Shown: piece after piece, positions 8,928 through 18,928 of the stretch
Numbering within the stretch: position 1 is the stretch's first letter
How the letters are laid out: the number at the start of each line of letters is the position of its first letter
Origin: Abditibacteriaceae bacterium
GTDB taxonomy: Bacteria > Armatimonadota > Abditibacteriia > Abditibacteriales > Abditibacteriaceae
Direction of reading: 5' to 3'
NCBI GenBank assembly: GCA_031425655.1
Contig: JANPJS010000044.1
Coordinates: forward strand, 1 to 34,869
Length of the DNA: 34,869 nucleotides
The notes under the pieces: generated by a model
Seen by the model: only the letters and a program-made list of their open reading frames with translations
Databases searched by the model: none
What the model was told of the DNA's origin: nothing
Made by a program: the position numbers and the translations under genes

Positions 8928-10880
8928 ATGAAACATCGCTGGCCGGTTTTTCTTGTTCTCTTTTGTTGGCTGGCGGTTCTGCTCGCGCCGCCGCTGCGGC
9001 TGGCTTTTTGGGCGCAGACTTTTCGGCCCGCGCCGCCGTATCGCGGCTTCGGCTACGGGCCGAGTTGGATGAATCCGGGCAGCGCGTCATTCTCTCCGCT
9101 GCCCGTTAATTCCGCCGATTTGGCGGTGCGGGCCATCGCTGTCGAAGAAGGCAAAGATGCGCAAGGCTACAACCAGAGCGACAATCTCAAAGCTGCCGGA
9201 TACAACGCGCTGTTTCGCAGCCGCCCCGACCTGCTTTGGCTGCGCGCCCGGCAATTGCTTTATCTGCGGCTTTGGATGAAATCGGGCCGTTTGGCCGGCG
9301 AGTTGGACGATGTGAATTGGGAAAAGCATCGTGCGCAGGGAGCGGCGTCGCCGGAGCGCGGCAAGGAGCCGGCGAACTTCACGGCGCGCGAATGGCAAAG
9401 CGCCGTCGCGGCGGCGCGCGAGGCGGCGCGTCGTGAGCCGGACAACGGTTTCTGGCAGTGGTGTCTGGCCGAATTTCTGCTTGACGGCGGGCGCGACGGC
9501 GAAGCGTTCGCGGCCTTGCGCGCGGCGGCATCAGCGCCGCGCTTTGACCGCTATGATCGTGAGTATCAAGCTGCGCGGCTGCGCGCCGAATCGGCTCGTC
9601 ATGGCCGCGCGCTGCTGCCCGAAGAAAAGCTGGTTTTCGCCGCCGAATCCTCCGTTTCCATCGCCGAGCAACCGACGGCGCGGCTCTTCGCGTGGCAGGC
9701 GCTCAAGGCCGAACGGCGCGGCGATCATCACACGGCGCTGGACATCGAATTGAATCTGGCCCGGCTCGGATTGCTCAGCGCCAGAGGCGCCTATTGGGAT
9801 GCACAGCGGCTACGCGGCCAAAATGTCATCGGCATCGCGCTGCGTTCGCGGCATCGCGTAAAGAGGCCGCCGGGCGCTTCTCGCAGGCTCACGCAGACGC
9901 AAAGCGCGCAGCGAAACGTGTCTTCGTTTTTGCCTTACGCCACCGCGCACGGCACGGCGGCGCAAGTCGCGGCGGCACGCGAGATTGCCGCGCGCTACGT
10001 TGATTCGGCGCGCGAAGGAGACCGGCTCAAAGGGTTGGCAAACTACGGCTTTGTGAACGGCGCCGTTTTTGTGCGAGTTCTGACGCTGAGTTGGGCGGCT
10101 TCGGCGACGTTGTGGCTGCTGGCGTTGGCGCTACCGCTGTGGCTGTTCGTGATGGCGCTGCGCCGCGCGGTGAGCGTGCCGGATGTGGAAATCGCCGCGC
10201 GCGACCGCAAAATCACTGCCGCGCTTGGCGTTTTCGTGCTGCTGGCGCTGGCCGCCGCCGTGCCGTCGGGACTGGGGTGGAATTACTTTCCGTGGGGCGT
10301 GTTGGCCTCCGACACGCAGCAGCCCGAAGCCTATCTCAAGATTTCCGAAGCGCTGCTCTGGCTGACTCCGTTCATCGCGCTGGCGCTGCTCAGTTGCTGG
10401 TGTGTGATCGCCGTCACGCTGCGCTTTGGCCGCGCGCCCAAAGCCGCAGGCGTCGCGGAGCCGCTGACGCTCGGCGATTGGCTAAATTTTGGCTGGGGCC
10501 TGCTTTTGGGCGCGGCGGAATTCGGGGCCGCCGTGTGGTGGCTGAACATTGCCAACTACGGCACCGGCCCTTATGTCGGCGAACTGGGCGCTTACGATTG
10601 GCGGCGTTTTCATCCGCTGTGGCCGCTGGCGGCGTTCGGCGTGACGTTGGCCGTTTCGTGGACGCGACTGCTGTTCTGCGCGCCGCATCGGCGGTCTTTC
10701 GCGTCCTATCGCCTGCGCTGGCTGCAAAGCGCGTTGGGCACGCTGATTGTGGCTTCCAGCGTGTTTTACTTGGCGTTCAACGTGGCGGCGCTGCCGCTGC
10801 GCGCCGTCGCGGACGCCGAAGTGAATCAATTGCTGCAACGCGGCGAAGTGGCGCTGATGCGGGAGAAAGCTGGACGTTGA
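8928..10880 (+). CDS. Uncharacterised membrane protein, paralog family member 4
   Basis: ATG at 8928 (ORF from 8877). Motifs EPDNGFW, LLPEEK, GDH, HPLWPLA, LLQRGE; most similar to member 1. Confidence 0.85.
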   Translation: MKHRWPVFLVLFCWLAVLLAPPLRLAFWAQTFRPAPPYRGFGYGPSWMNPGSASFSPLPVNSADLAVRAIAVEEGKDAQGYNQSDNLKAAGYNALFRSRPDLLWLRARQLLYLRLWMKSGRLAGELDDVNWEKHRAQGAASPERGKEPANFTAREWQSAVAAAREAARREPDNGFWQWCLAEFLLDGGRDGEAFAALRAAASAPRFDRYDREYQAARLRAESARHGRALLPEEKLVFAAESSVSIAEQPTARLFAWQALKAERRGDHHTALDIELNLARLGLLSARGAYWDAQRLRGQNVIGIALRSRHRVKRPPGASRRLTQTQSAQRNVSSFLPYATAHGTAAQVAAAREIAARYVDSAREGDRLKGLANYGFVNGAVFVRVLTLSWAASATLWLLALALPLWLFVMALRRAVSVPDVEIAARDRKITAALGVFVLLALAAAVPSGLGWNYFPWGVLASDTQQPEAYLKISEALLWLTPFIALALLSCWCVIAVTLRFGRAPKAAGVAEPLTLGDWLNFGWGLLLGAAEFGAAVWWLNIANYGTGPYVGELGAYDWRRFHPLWPLAAFGVTLAVSWTRLLFCAPHRRSFASYRLRWLQSALGTLIVASSVFYLAFNVAALPLRAVADAEVNQLLQRGEVALMREKAGR

Positions 10881-10938
10881 AGTGGCCCTTGTTTCGTTTT
10901 GCTTGTGCCGTTGGCAGGGGCGGGCTAATCTAAAATAC

Positions 10939-12405
10939 ATGAACGAACAAACCGTGCAGGAGGCGACCAAGCAGGCCGCGCATTTGATGCGTCCGTCGCC
11001 GTCGTATTCGATGACGCTGCGCATTGAATACGGCAACGCCGTGGGCATGATGGGACGCATTACTTCGGTCATCGGCGAGGCCGGCGGCGATGTGGGCGCG
11101 ATTGACATCGTGTCCGGCACGCGCGAAACCACCACGCGCGACATCACCTTTTCCGCCGCCGATTACGAACACGGCCAGGCGATTATCGCGGCTGTGCGTA
11201 ATGTCGAAGGCGTGGACATCGTGCAGGTCAGCGACCGCGTGTTCTTGCTGCACATCGGCGGCAAATTGGACATCACGCCCAAAGTGCCGCTCAAAACGCG
11301 CGACGATCTTTCGATGGCCTACACGCCCGGCGTGGCGCGTATCGCCCAGGCCATCGCTGAAGAACCCGGCGATGCTTATAACCTGACGATTAAGAAGAAT
11401 TGCGTGGCCGTTATCAGCGACGGCAGCGCGCTGCTCGGATTGGGCAATATCGGCCCGCTTGCGGCGCTTCCGGTCATGGAAAGCAAGGCGCTGCTGTTCA
11501 AAGAATTCGCGGGCATCAACGCTTTTCCGCTTTGCCTTGACGTGCAAAGCGACGACGAATTCGTGGCCGCCGTGAAAGCGATAGCGCCCACTTTCGGCGC
11601 GATTCACTTGGAAGACATCGCGCCGCCGCGCTGTTTCGAGGTCGAGCGGCGACTTGGCGAAGAACTCGACATTCCTGTGATGCACAACGATCAACACGGC
11701 ACGGCGATTGTGGTTTTGGCCGCGCTGATTAACGCGCTGCGCATCGTTCACAAGCAGCCGGCAGCCTTGAAAGTTGTGATTCACAAAGCCGAAGCCGCAG
11801 GCGTGGCAACCGCGCGCTTGCTGCGCCATTACGGCGTGCGCGACATCGTGATTTGCGAATCTCACGTCGTTTTGGATGCTGAACGGCCCGATTTAGCGCC
11901 CGCCGTCGCCGAATTAGTGCATCAAACCAATCCGCGCGGCGTGACCGGCGGCGTGCGCGAAGCGCTCGAAGGCGCCGATGTGTTTATGGGGTTTGGCGGC
12001 AAGCATTTGCTGTTGCCCGGCGACATTTCGGGAATGGCTAAAGATTCCATCGTCTTCGAGATGGCCTATCCGTATCCTGAAATCGAGCCGGATTCCATTG
12101 CAGGATTGGCGCGCGTGATTGCGACGGGCAAGAGCGATTTTCCCAATCAGATCAACAATATGCTGTGCTTTCCGGGCTTTTTTCGAGGTTTGTTAGATGC
12201 GCGTGCGAAGGGCATCAACGACGAAATGCGCTTAGCCGCCGCGCACGCCATCGCCGACGTTGTAGGCCGCGAAGAGCTTTCCGAAGATTACTTAATTCCC
12301 AGCGTTTTCGACCGCCGCGTTGCCCGCGCCGTCGCCAACGCCGTCGTCGAAAGCGCCACACGCACCGGCATGGCGCAACGCGCCTTCAAAACCAGCCTGC
12401 GCTAA
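10939..12405 (+). CDS. ACT-domain NAD-dependent malic enzyme homolog with degenerate cofactor and active-site motifs
   Basis: N-terminal ACT-like domain; LSMAYTPGVA, LGLGNIGP, LEDI, NQINN, FPG motifs. HND replaces HDD and HKAEAAG replaces xGAGAAG. Confidence 0.85.
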   Translation: MNEQTVQEATKQAAHLMRPSPSYSMTLRIEYGNAVGMMGRITSVIGEAGGDVGAIDIVSGTRETTTRDITFSAADYEHGQAIIAAVRNVEGVDIVQVSDRVFLLHIGGKLDITPKVPLKTRDDLSMAYTPGVARIAQAIAEEPGDAYNLTIKKNCVAVISDGSALLGLGNIGPLAALPVMESKALLFKEFAGINAFPLCLDVQSDDEFVAAVKAIAPTFGAIHLEDIAPPRCFEVERRLGEELDIPVMHNDQHGTAIVVLAALINALRIVHKQPAALKVVIHKAEAAGVATARLLRHYGVRDIVICESHVVLDAERPDLAPAVAELVHQTNPRGVTGGVREALEGADVFMGFGGKHLLLPGDISGMAKDSIVFEMAYPYPEIEPDSIAGLARVIATGKSDFPNQINNMLCFPGFFRGLLDARAKGINDEMRLAAAHAIADVVGREELSEDYLIPSVFDRRVARAVANAVVESATRTGMAQRAFKTSLR

Positions 12406-12500
12406 ATTTTTCACCGTCCTGCCCAGAGGGCGCCCGACGCAGAGGACGCCAAGAAATTCAATTCTTCTTGGCGTCCTCTGCGTCTTGGCGGTGAAAAATT
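12405..12500. repeat. Long palindrome between convergent genes (probable bidirectional terminator) interrupted by the 19-nt insert
   Basis: aatttttcaccg[insert]gacgcagaggacgccaagaa ... ttcttggcgtcctctgcgtc-ttgg-cggtgaaaaatt; 20-bp perfect inner stem. Confidence 0.85.
12417..12435 (+). mobile_element. 19-nt mini-element, copy 2
   Basis: tcctgcccagagggcgccc sits where the opposite arm predicts ccaa. Confidence 0.75.
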
Positions 12501-13179
12501 AAATAATCGCTGAATAGGAATAAAGGCGCCCGCCTTCGGGCACGATGGCGGCTTCGCGGCGCACCAAGTGCAACTGATAAAGCTTCGCCACGCGGTTGTT
12601 GCAGGCGGTCGCCGATTCGATTTTTAATGTGTCAGCGAGTTCGCGCACCGTGACTTGATAGCGATCCATCACCGCGCGCAGCGTGTCTACGAGATGCCCC
12701 GGCAAGCCGCCAACCACGCGCCATTCGAGATTCTGGCGCTCGTCGTCGAGTGCAAGACCACTCGGAGGGCCATCGGGATTTTCGGCCTGCGCTTGCAGCG
12801 CGGCGATGACTTCCGGCACCACACTTTGCGGCAGAACAAGGGCGGCGACTTCGCGGCGATGCAGCGCGACTTCGATGTTTTCCATCAAGGCTTCGCTCAG
12901 TTCGTCGTCGGCGACCGATAAAATCAGAAAACGGTCGGGGTATTCTTTGGCCGACATCCGCGAATACAGCGTGCCCAACGCTTCGTCGGCAAACGAATAA
13001 TCCATCATGTCTACGCCGCTGAAATCCAGAACCATCACGCCGCCCGGCGGCAAGCCGCGTAGCTGCGCGTCTAAGGCTTCCTGAACCTTGCGGCCCATAG
13101 GACGCATCGCCAGAATATTTCCAAATTCGCCTAACGATTGTGTTTTAACCTTACTTTCTCCCGCATTCTTGATTCTCAT
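12499..13179 (-). CDS. STAS-like (DUF4325-type) domain plus C-terminal winged HTH
   Basis: VLDFSGVDMMDYSFADEALG (STAS-like, Ser in the SFAD motif) and VTVRELADTLKIESATACNNRVAKLYQLHLVRR (wHTH). RBS gaaggag upstream of the ATG at 13179. Confidence 0.75.
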   Translation of the reverse strand: MRIKNAGESKVKTQSLGEFGNILAMRPMGRKVQEALDAQLRGLPPGGVMVLDFSGVDMMDYSFADEALGTLYSRMSAKEYPDRFLILSVADDELSEALMENIEVALHRREVAALVLPQSVVPEVIAALQAQAENPDGPPSGLALDDERQNLEWRVVGGLPGHLVDTLRAVMDRYQVTVRELADTLKIESATACNNRVAKLYQLHLVRREAAIVPEGGRLYSYSAII

Positions 13180-13224
13180 GGTGCTTCTCCTTCACTCATA
13201 TCACTGAAATTGACTCTAAGGAGC

Positions 13225-13253
13225 ATTATGCGCTGTGCGACAGACCTTGTCAA
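13225..13253 (-). promoter_or_regulatory. Near-consensus sigma70 promoter of the STAS/wHTH gene
   Basis: Minus strand reads TTGACA-17 nt-CATAAT, 46 nt upstream of the ATG at 13179. Confidence 0.7.
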
Positions 13254-13378
13254 GCCAAAAGCACAGGACACCTTGCACAACAGGGGGTTCAGGCGCGAAA
13301 ATTGTTACTACCAAGCGTTTTAGTCGCGTAGGAATTCGCTGCGACAGCGAATATCCGGCGACGTAAGGAATCGTTTTT

Positions 13379-14227
13379 ATGGCGACCGCAGAACCTTCTT
13401 CTTCTCAACCCGCAGGCTCCAAGCCTGCTTCCAAACCCGTCGCATCCGGCGCGGCTTCGGCTTCCAAACCGGGCGCGCCTCGTGCCGCGACGACGAATAA
13501 AGCGAGCGTGAGCAAAACTTCGGCAGCCCGCAGCGGTGTGGCAGTGAAAAGCGGCGCGGCGCGCAAGGCAAAAGCCGATACGCCGGACGTGCCGGTCAAG
13601 GCGTCGGGCACCGCGCAGGAAATCAGTCCGCAAATCGCGGCGATGGCTATTGGCGGATTGGTCGTGCTGCTTTTGGTCGGCTATATGGTTTTTGGCAGCA
13701 AGGGACGGCGCAAGCCGGTTCGCGTGACTGTCCCAACTTCCAATGGATTGACGACAAAGGTTCCCAGCGCCATCGCGCCTGCACCCGCGCCTGGAGCCGT
13801 CGCTCCCGTGGCGCCGGGCGTTAATCCGGTGGCGCCGGCTAACCCCATAGCGCCGGCCACGCGCGCGGCTGCGGGCGCAACAACATTTTCGGCACCGGCG
13901 CCAGCGCCGGCTCCGGCTTCCGTGGGGCCTGCTCCCATTGCGCCGGGCGCGGACGGTGGCACCGGCACGACAGCAACTACGGGCACCGTTCCGCTGCCAA
14001 ACCCGGTCATCGCACCGGCTCCCGCGCCGCCGGTGACAAGCGGCACCGGCGGGACGGTGGCAAGCGGAACTGGCACGACCGGCGCGACGACCGGCAGCGG
14101 CGAAGTCAAAGGCGGCGCCAAACCCGCCGCGCCTGCCGGCACGGGAAGCATCTCGGTTGGCGCCGGTTCTCGCGTGGCCCCGATCCGTGAAGATGACAAT
14201 AGCGCGGTCACGCCGCCGAAGCCGTAA
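13379..14227 (+). CDS. Low-complexity Ala/Pro/Gly/Thr-rich single-pass membrane protein
   Basis: Lys/Ser/Ala-rich N-terminus, one TM (IAAMAIGGLVVLLLVGYMVFG), Pro/Ala-rich tail; aagga RBS upstream and terminator downstream. Confidence 0.75.
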   Translation: MATAEPSSSQPAGSKPASKPVASGAASASKPGAPRAATTNKASVSKTSAARSGVAVKSGAARKAKADTPDVPVKASGTAQEISPQIAAMAIGGLVVLLLVGYMVFGSKGRRKPVRVTVPTSNGLTTKVPSAIAPAPAPGAVAPVAPGVNPVAPANPIAPATRAAAGATTFSAPAPAPAPASVGPAPIAPGADGGTGTTATTGTVPLPNPVIAPAPAPPVTSGTGGTVASGTGTTGATTGSGEVKGGAKPAAPAGTGSISVGAGSRVAPIREDDNSAVTPPKP

Positions 14228-14242
14228 ACATCACATAAAACC

Positions 14243-14282
14243 AACGGGCGCGCTCAGGAAACTGGGCGCGCCCGTTTCGTTT
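14243..14282 (+). terminator. Intrinsic terminator
   Basis: aacgggcgcgctcag-gaaa-ctgggcgcgcccgtt followed by tcgttt. Confidence 0.75.
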
Positions 14283-15831
14283 GCCGTGTTTGAGCGCTCA
14301 TGTCGCGCAACCAAAATATCGGCAAGTCGCTAAACTGCCCCCTGTGTTACCGATTGAAAATGCCGCGCAGAACTTAGGTTTGCGCGATGACGAATGGAAG
14401 CCGCGCGGCGCCGAGCGCCTGACCTTAGAAGCCGAACGCGCCACCCAGCGTTTGGCGATGGAGAGGCCGATTCTTGGGCCTTTGGTCGCGCTGTGCGATG
14501 CCGATGAGCTTTGCTCGCACACGCTGCGTCTGGGCGCAGCTCTGGCGCATGAACTCAGCGATCTTGACAACACCCTGAGCGCGGTGTCTGCGGATGGCGC
14601 CGGGCCGCGCTTGTCCACATGGCTGCTCGAAATCGGCGCGGCGCACAACGCTTTAGCGCGCACGCTCGACGAGCATTTAATCAGCGGCAACCGCGCGCGT
14701 CTCGATCCGCGCCGCTTAAGTTGGCCGCGCTGCATCAGCGATAGCGCGCCGCATCGTGCATTGCGCCGCATCGTCAGCGGACTCGATCCTGAAGCCACGC
14801 TGGAAACCATCGCGCGCGAAGAAACGTTCGTCACGCCCGCTCAAAGCGAACTGGCCGCGCTGCTTTCTGCGGCCATCAGCGAAGACGATTTATTAGCGCG
14901 CTTAGAACGCCTTATCGTTGGCTGGCGCGGCAATGGCGAGCCGATTTTCGCGCCCGCCGTGTTGCCAATCGAAGAATTGCGCGCTTTATTGCCGCCCGAC
15001 GTTTTGGCGCCGTTGTGGATGGACGAAGCGATGCCCGGCGGCGCGGCGACCGTGCCGCGTTTTCAGCACGGCGGCACGATTGACTGGCCGTTTGCCGGCG
15101 CGATTGCCTTGCGCGCGGCGCAGCGATTGGGCGGCGCGATTGCCGTCATTGGCGGCGGCATTATCGGTTTGCGGAACTGGTTCGACGTGTTTTGCCCGGC
15201 GTGTAATTTCGAGACGCGCACCATCGTGATTCGCGCCAGTGTGGAATCCATTCGGAATTTCGGCGCCGCAGCGGACGACGGCGGCGATGAATGGATGGCC
15301 GGCCTCAACGCCTTGCAAAACCGCGTCACGCTGCTCGACCGCTTCAGTTTGCCGCCGCTGATTGCCGTCGAAGCGGCGCGCGGCGAATATACGGCAGCCG
15401 ACAGCGCGGTTCACGTTTTAGAATCCTACGGCCTGCGCGCCATCGCGCTCGAACGCGTTGCGTCGGACGAGACACACGCGCCGGATGTCGCCGCCCTTGC
15501 CGCGATGACGCGCGAGTGGATTCATATGCAGGCAATGCCGCATCCTTTCATCATGGCCGGGCGCGCAGTGCGCGAGCAAACCGTGGATATTATCAACAAC
15601 ATTTACGGCGCCGCCTGCGAATGGAGCGCGGCGGCCACGGCGCAAATCGCGCGCATTGAGCAGGCCGGAGGCGGTGAAGCGGCGGTCGTAGTCGAAAGCG
15701 AAAACGGGTGGGACACCTGGGTCAGTTCGCACGCGCTTTACGGCTATTCGTCGCCGAACGCGCTCATCACGCAAGTCGAATGGCGCGCGGCGGCAAGCTA
15801 CGTCAAAGTCACGATTCGCAAAACAAGTTAG
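14281..15831 (+). CDS. Highly divergent formate--tetrahydrofolate ligase (Fhs)-like protein, probably non-catalytic
   Basis: Colinear Fhs-like segments (AAHNALARTLDEHLISGN...DPRRLSWPR...RALRRIVSGL; REETFVTPAQSELAALL; DLLARLERLIVGW; HGG; NIYGA) but no GEGKT P-loop. Start uncertain. Confidence 0.7.
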   Translation: MPCLSAHVAQPKYRQVAKLPPVLPIENAAQNLGLRDDEWKPRGAERLTLEAERATQRLAMERPILGPLVALCDADELCSHTLRLGAALAHELSDLDNTLSAVSADGAGPRLSTWLLEIGAAHNALARTLDEHLISGNRARLDPRRLSWPRCISDSAPHRALRRIVSGLDPEATLETIAREETFVTPAQSELAALLSAAISEDDLLARLERLIVGWRGNGEPIFAPAVLPIEELRALLPPDVLAPLWMDEAMPGGAATVPRFQHGGTIDWPFAGAIALRAAQRLGGAIAVIGGGIIGLRNWFDVFCPACNFETRTIVIRASVESIRNFGAAADDGGDEWMAGLNALQNRVTLLDRFSLPPLIAVEAARGEYTAADSAVHVLESYGLRAIALERVASDETHAPDVAALAAMTREWIHMQAMPHPFIMAGRAVREQTVDIINNIYGAACEWSAAATAQIARIEQAGGGEAAVVVESENGWDTWVSSHALYGYSSPNALITQVEWRAAASYVKVTIRKTS

Positions 15832-15847
15832 TTCAAGAAGGTGATTC

Positions 15848-16483
15848 ATGGTGGCGATGCCGCAGCGTGTAGCGAATTACATTACGGAAGAAGAATATCG
15901 AGAGTTGGAAATGAATTCCAACATCAAGCACGAGTATTTCGACGGCGAAATCTTCGCTATGTCGGGCGGCACTAACAAGCACGCAGAGATTAGCGGCAAT
16001 GTTTATCATGCTCTGCGAAATCAACTGCGTGGTAAATCGTGTCGGCCCGTCGGCAGCGACCAAATGGTTAAGGTCGAGGCGACAGGTTTAGGCACTTATC
16101 CTGATGTCTCGGTTTATTGCCGGGCGGCGCGCTTTGAAGGCAAAGGCGATCAAGCGCTGCTGACTCCGGTCGTTCTCGTTGAAGTGCTGTCGCCTTCGAC
16201 CGCAAGTTACGACCGGGGCGAGAAGTTCGATCATTACAAGCAGATGCCGTCGCTTTGCGATTACATCATTGTCTGGCAGGACTGCGTGCGCGTTGAGCAT
16301 TATCATCGCCTCGAAAATGGCGACTGGCTGCTGCATTCGGCGTGGACGCGCGACGAAACCATCGCGCTGGAATCTATTGGCGCTGTGTTGGCGCTCGCAG
16401 ATGTTTATGAAGACGTGGAAGCGCCGTCCGGCCCGCTTTTGCTGCGGCGCGACGAAGTTTTTCCCGAACTTGATGGCGCTTGA
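15848..16483 (+). CDS. Uma2 family endonuclease
   Basis: EEYRELE...KHEYFDGEIFAMSGGT..H, YPDVSV, VEVLSPSTASYDRGEKF..Y motifs. Confidence 0.93.
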   Translation: MVAMPQRVANYITEEEYRELEMNSNIKHEYFDGEIFAMSGGTNKHAEISGNVYHALRNQLRGKSCRPVGSDQMVKVEATGLGTYPDVSVYCRAARFEGKGDQALLTPVVLVEVLSPSTASYDRGEKFDHYKQMPSLCDYIIVWQDCVRVEHYHRLENGDWLLHSAWTRDETIALESIGAVLALADVYEDVEAPSGPLLLRRDEVFPELDGA

Positions 16484-16494
16484 TGGCGATGGAT

Positions 16495-16614
16495 AAACGA
16501 GAAGACGGGAAGGGCGGAAAGACGGGAAAACAACTTTGGATTTTAAACTGAAACAGGCCAAACCACTTTTTAAAATTTTCTTCCCGTCTTACCGCTCTTC
16601 CCGACTTCCCGTTT
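16495..16614. repeat. Inverted repeat built of ~8-nt units (GAAGACGG-like)
   Basis: aaacgagaagacgggaagggcggaaagacgggaa ... ttcccgtcttaccgctcttcccgacttcccgttt. Confidence 0.7.
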
Positions 16615-16668
16615 TAAAAACGCCAAAACCCTTGCCGCCGGTTTTCGTTAGAATTTAAGGCTGTTTAG

Positions 16669-18381
<1,713 letters not shown>

Positions 18382-18394
18382 AGGGGTTGAAACC

Positions 18395-18601
18395 ATGAAA
18401 TTAAAAGTTGAAACCGAGCGGGAAGATGATGGGCGATGGATAGCCGAAGTGCCGGAGTTGCCCGGCGTGTTGGCTTATGGCTCCACTTGTGAGCAAGCTG
18501 TCGCTTATGCCGAGGCGTTAGCCTTGCGTGTCATCGCGGAACGGCTCGAACACAACGAAGACGTGCCCGACATGGCCGGCCTCTTTTCGGTCGCGGCATG
18601 A
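18395..18601 (+). CDS. hicB: HicB family antitoxin (short form)
   Basis: MKLKVETEREDDGRWIAEVPELPGVLAYGST.EQA; ATG at 18395 after gaagggg. Confidence 0.9.
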   Translation: MKLKVETEREDDGRWIAEVPELPGVLAYGSTCEQAVAYAEALALRVIAERLEHNEDVPDMAGLFSVAA

Positions 18602-18810
18602 GCCAATGGAAATCAAGCAGGTCAAGACGTGTTCTGGCGGCGCTTCATAGCATTGGCTGGAGCATTAAGCGTCAAAGCGGCTCGCATCGCACGCTGGAGC
18701 GTGAAGGTTGGCCCAACTATGTGTTTTCCTTCCACGACAATGAAGAAATTGGGCCGGTCATGCTGGCACGCATTGCTAAACAAACAGGCTTGATGCCAGA
18801 TGATTTATGA
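18598..18810 (+). CDS. hicA: HicA family mRNA interferase toxin
   Basis: GWSIKRQSGSHRTL...FHDNEEIGPVMLARIAKQTGL; ATGA overlap with hicB. Confidence 0.92.
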   Translation: MSQWKSSRSRRVLAALHSIGWSIKRQSGSHRTLEREGWPNYVFSFHDNEEIGPVMLARIAKQTGLMPDDL

Positions 18811-18864
18811 ACGGCGACGGCTCGCTGACTTATAGACGACATTCGCCGCAGCATTGCCAAGTAA
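18810..18864 (+). repeat. Direct repeat copy 2 (degenerate duplicate of pyrG 3' end)
   Basis: aacggcgacggctcgct-gacttata-gacgacattcgccgcagcattgccaagtaa, 1 nt longer than copy 1. Confidence 0.9.
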
Positions 18865-18883
18865 TCGAAACAGGAGTTAAAGC

Positions 18884-18914
18884 AAAAGAGCGGGGCATTT
18901 GCCTCGCTCTTTTT
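18884..18914 (+). terminator. Intrinsic terminator after pyrG-hicBA
   Basis: aaaagagcggggca-tt-tgcctcgctcttttt. Confidence 0.75.
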
Positions 18915-18928
18915 CATAAAAATAAACC

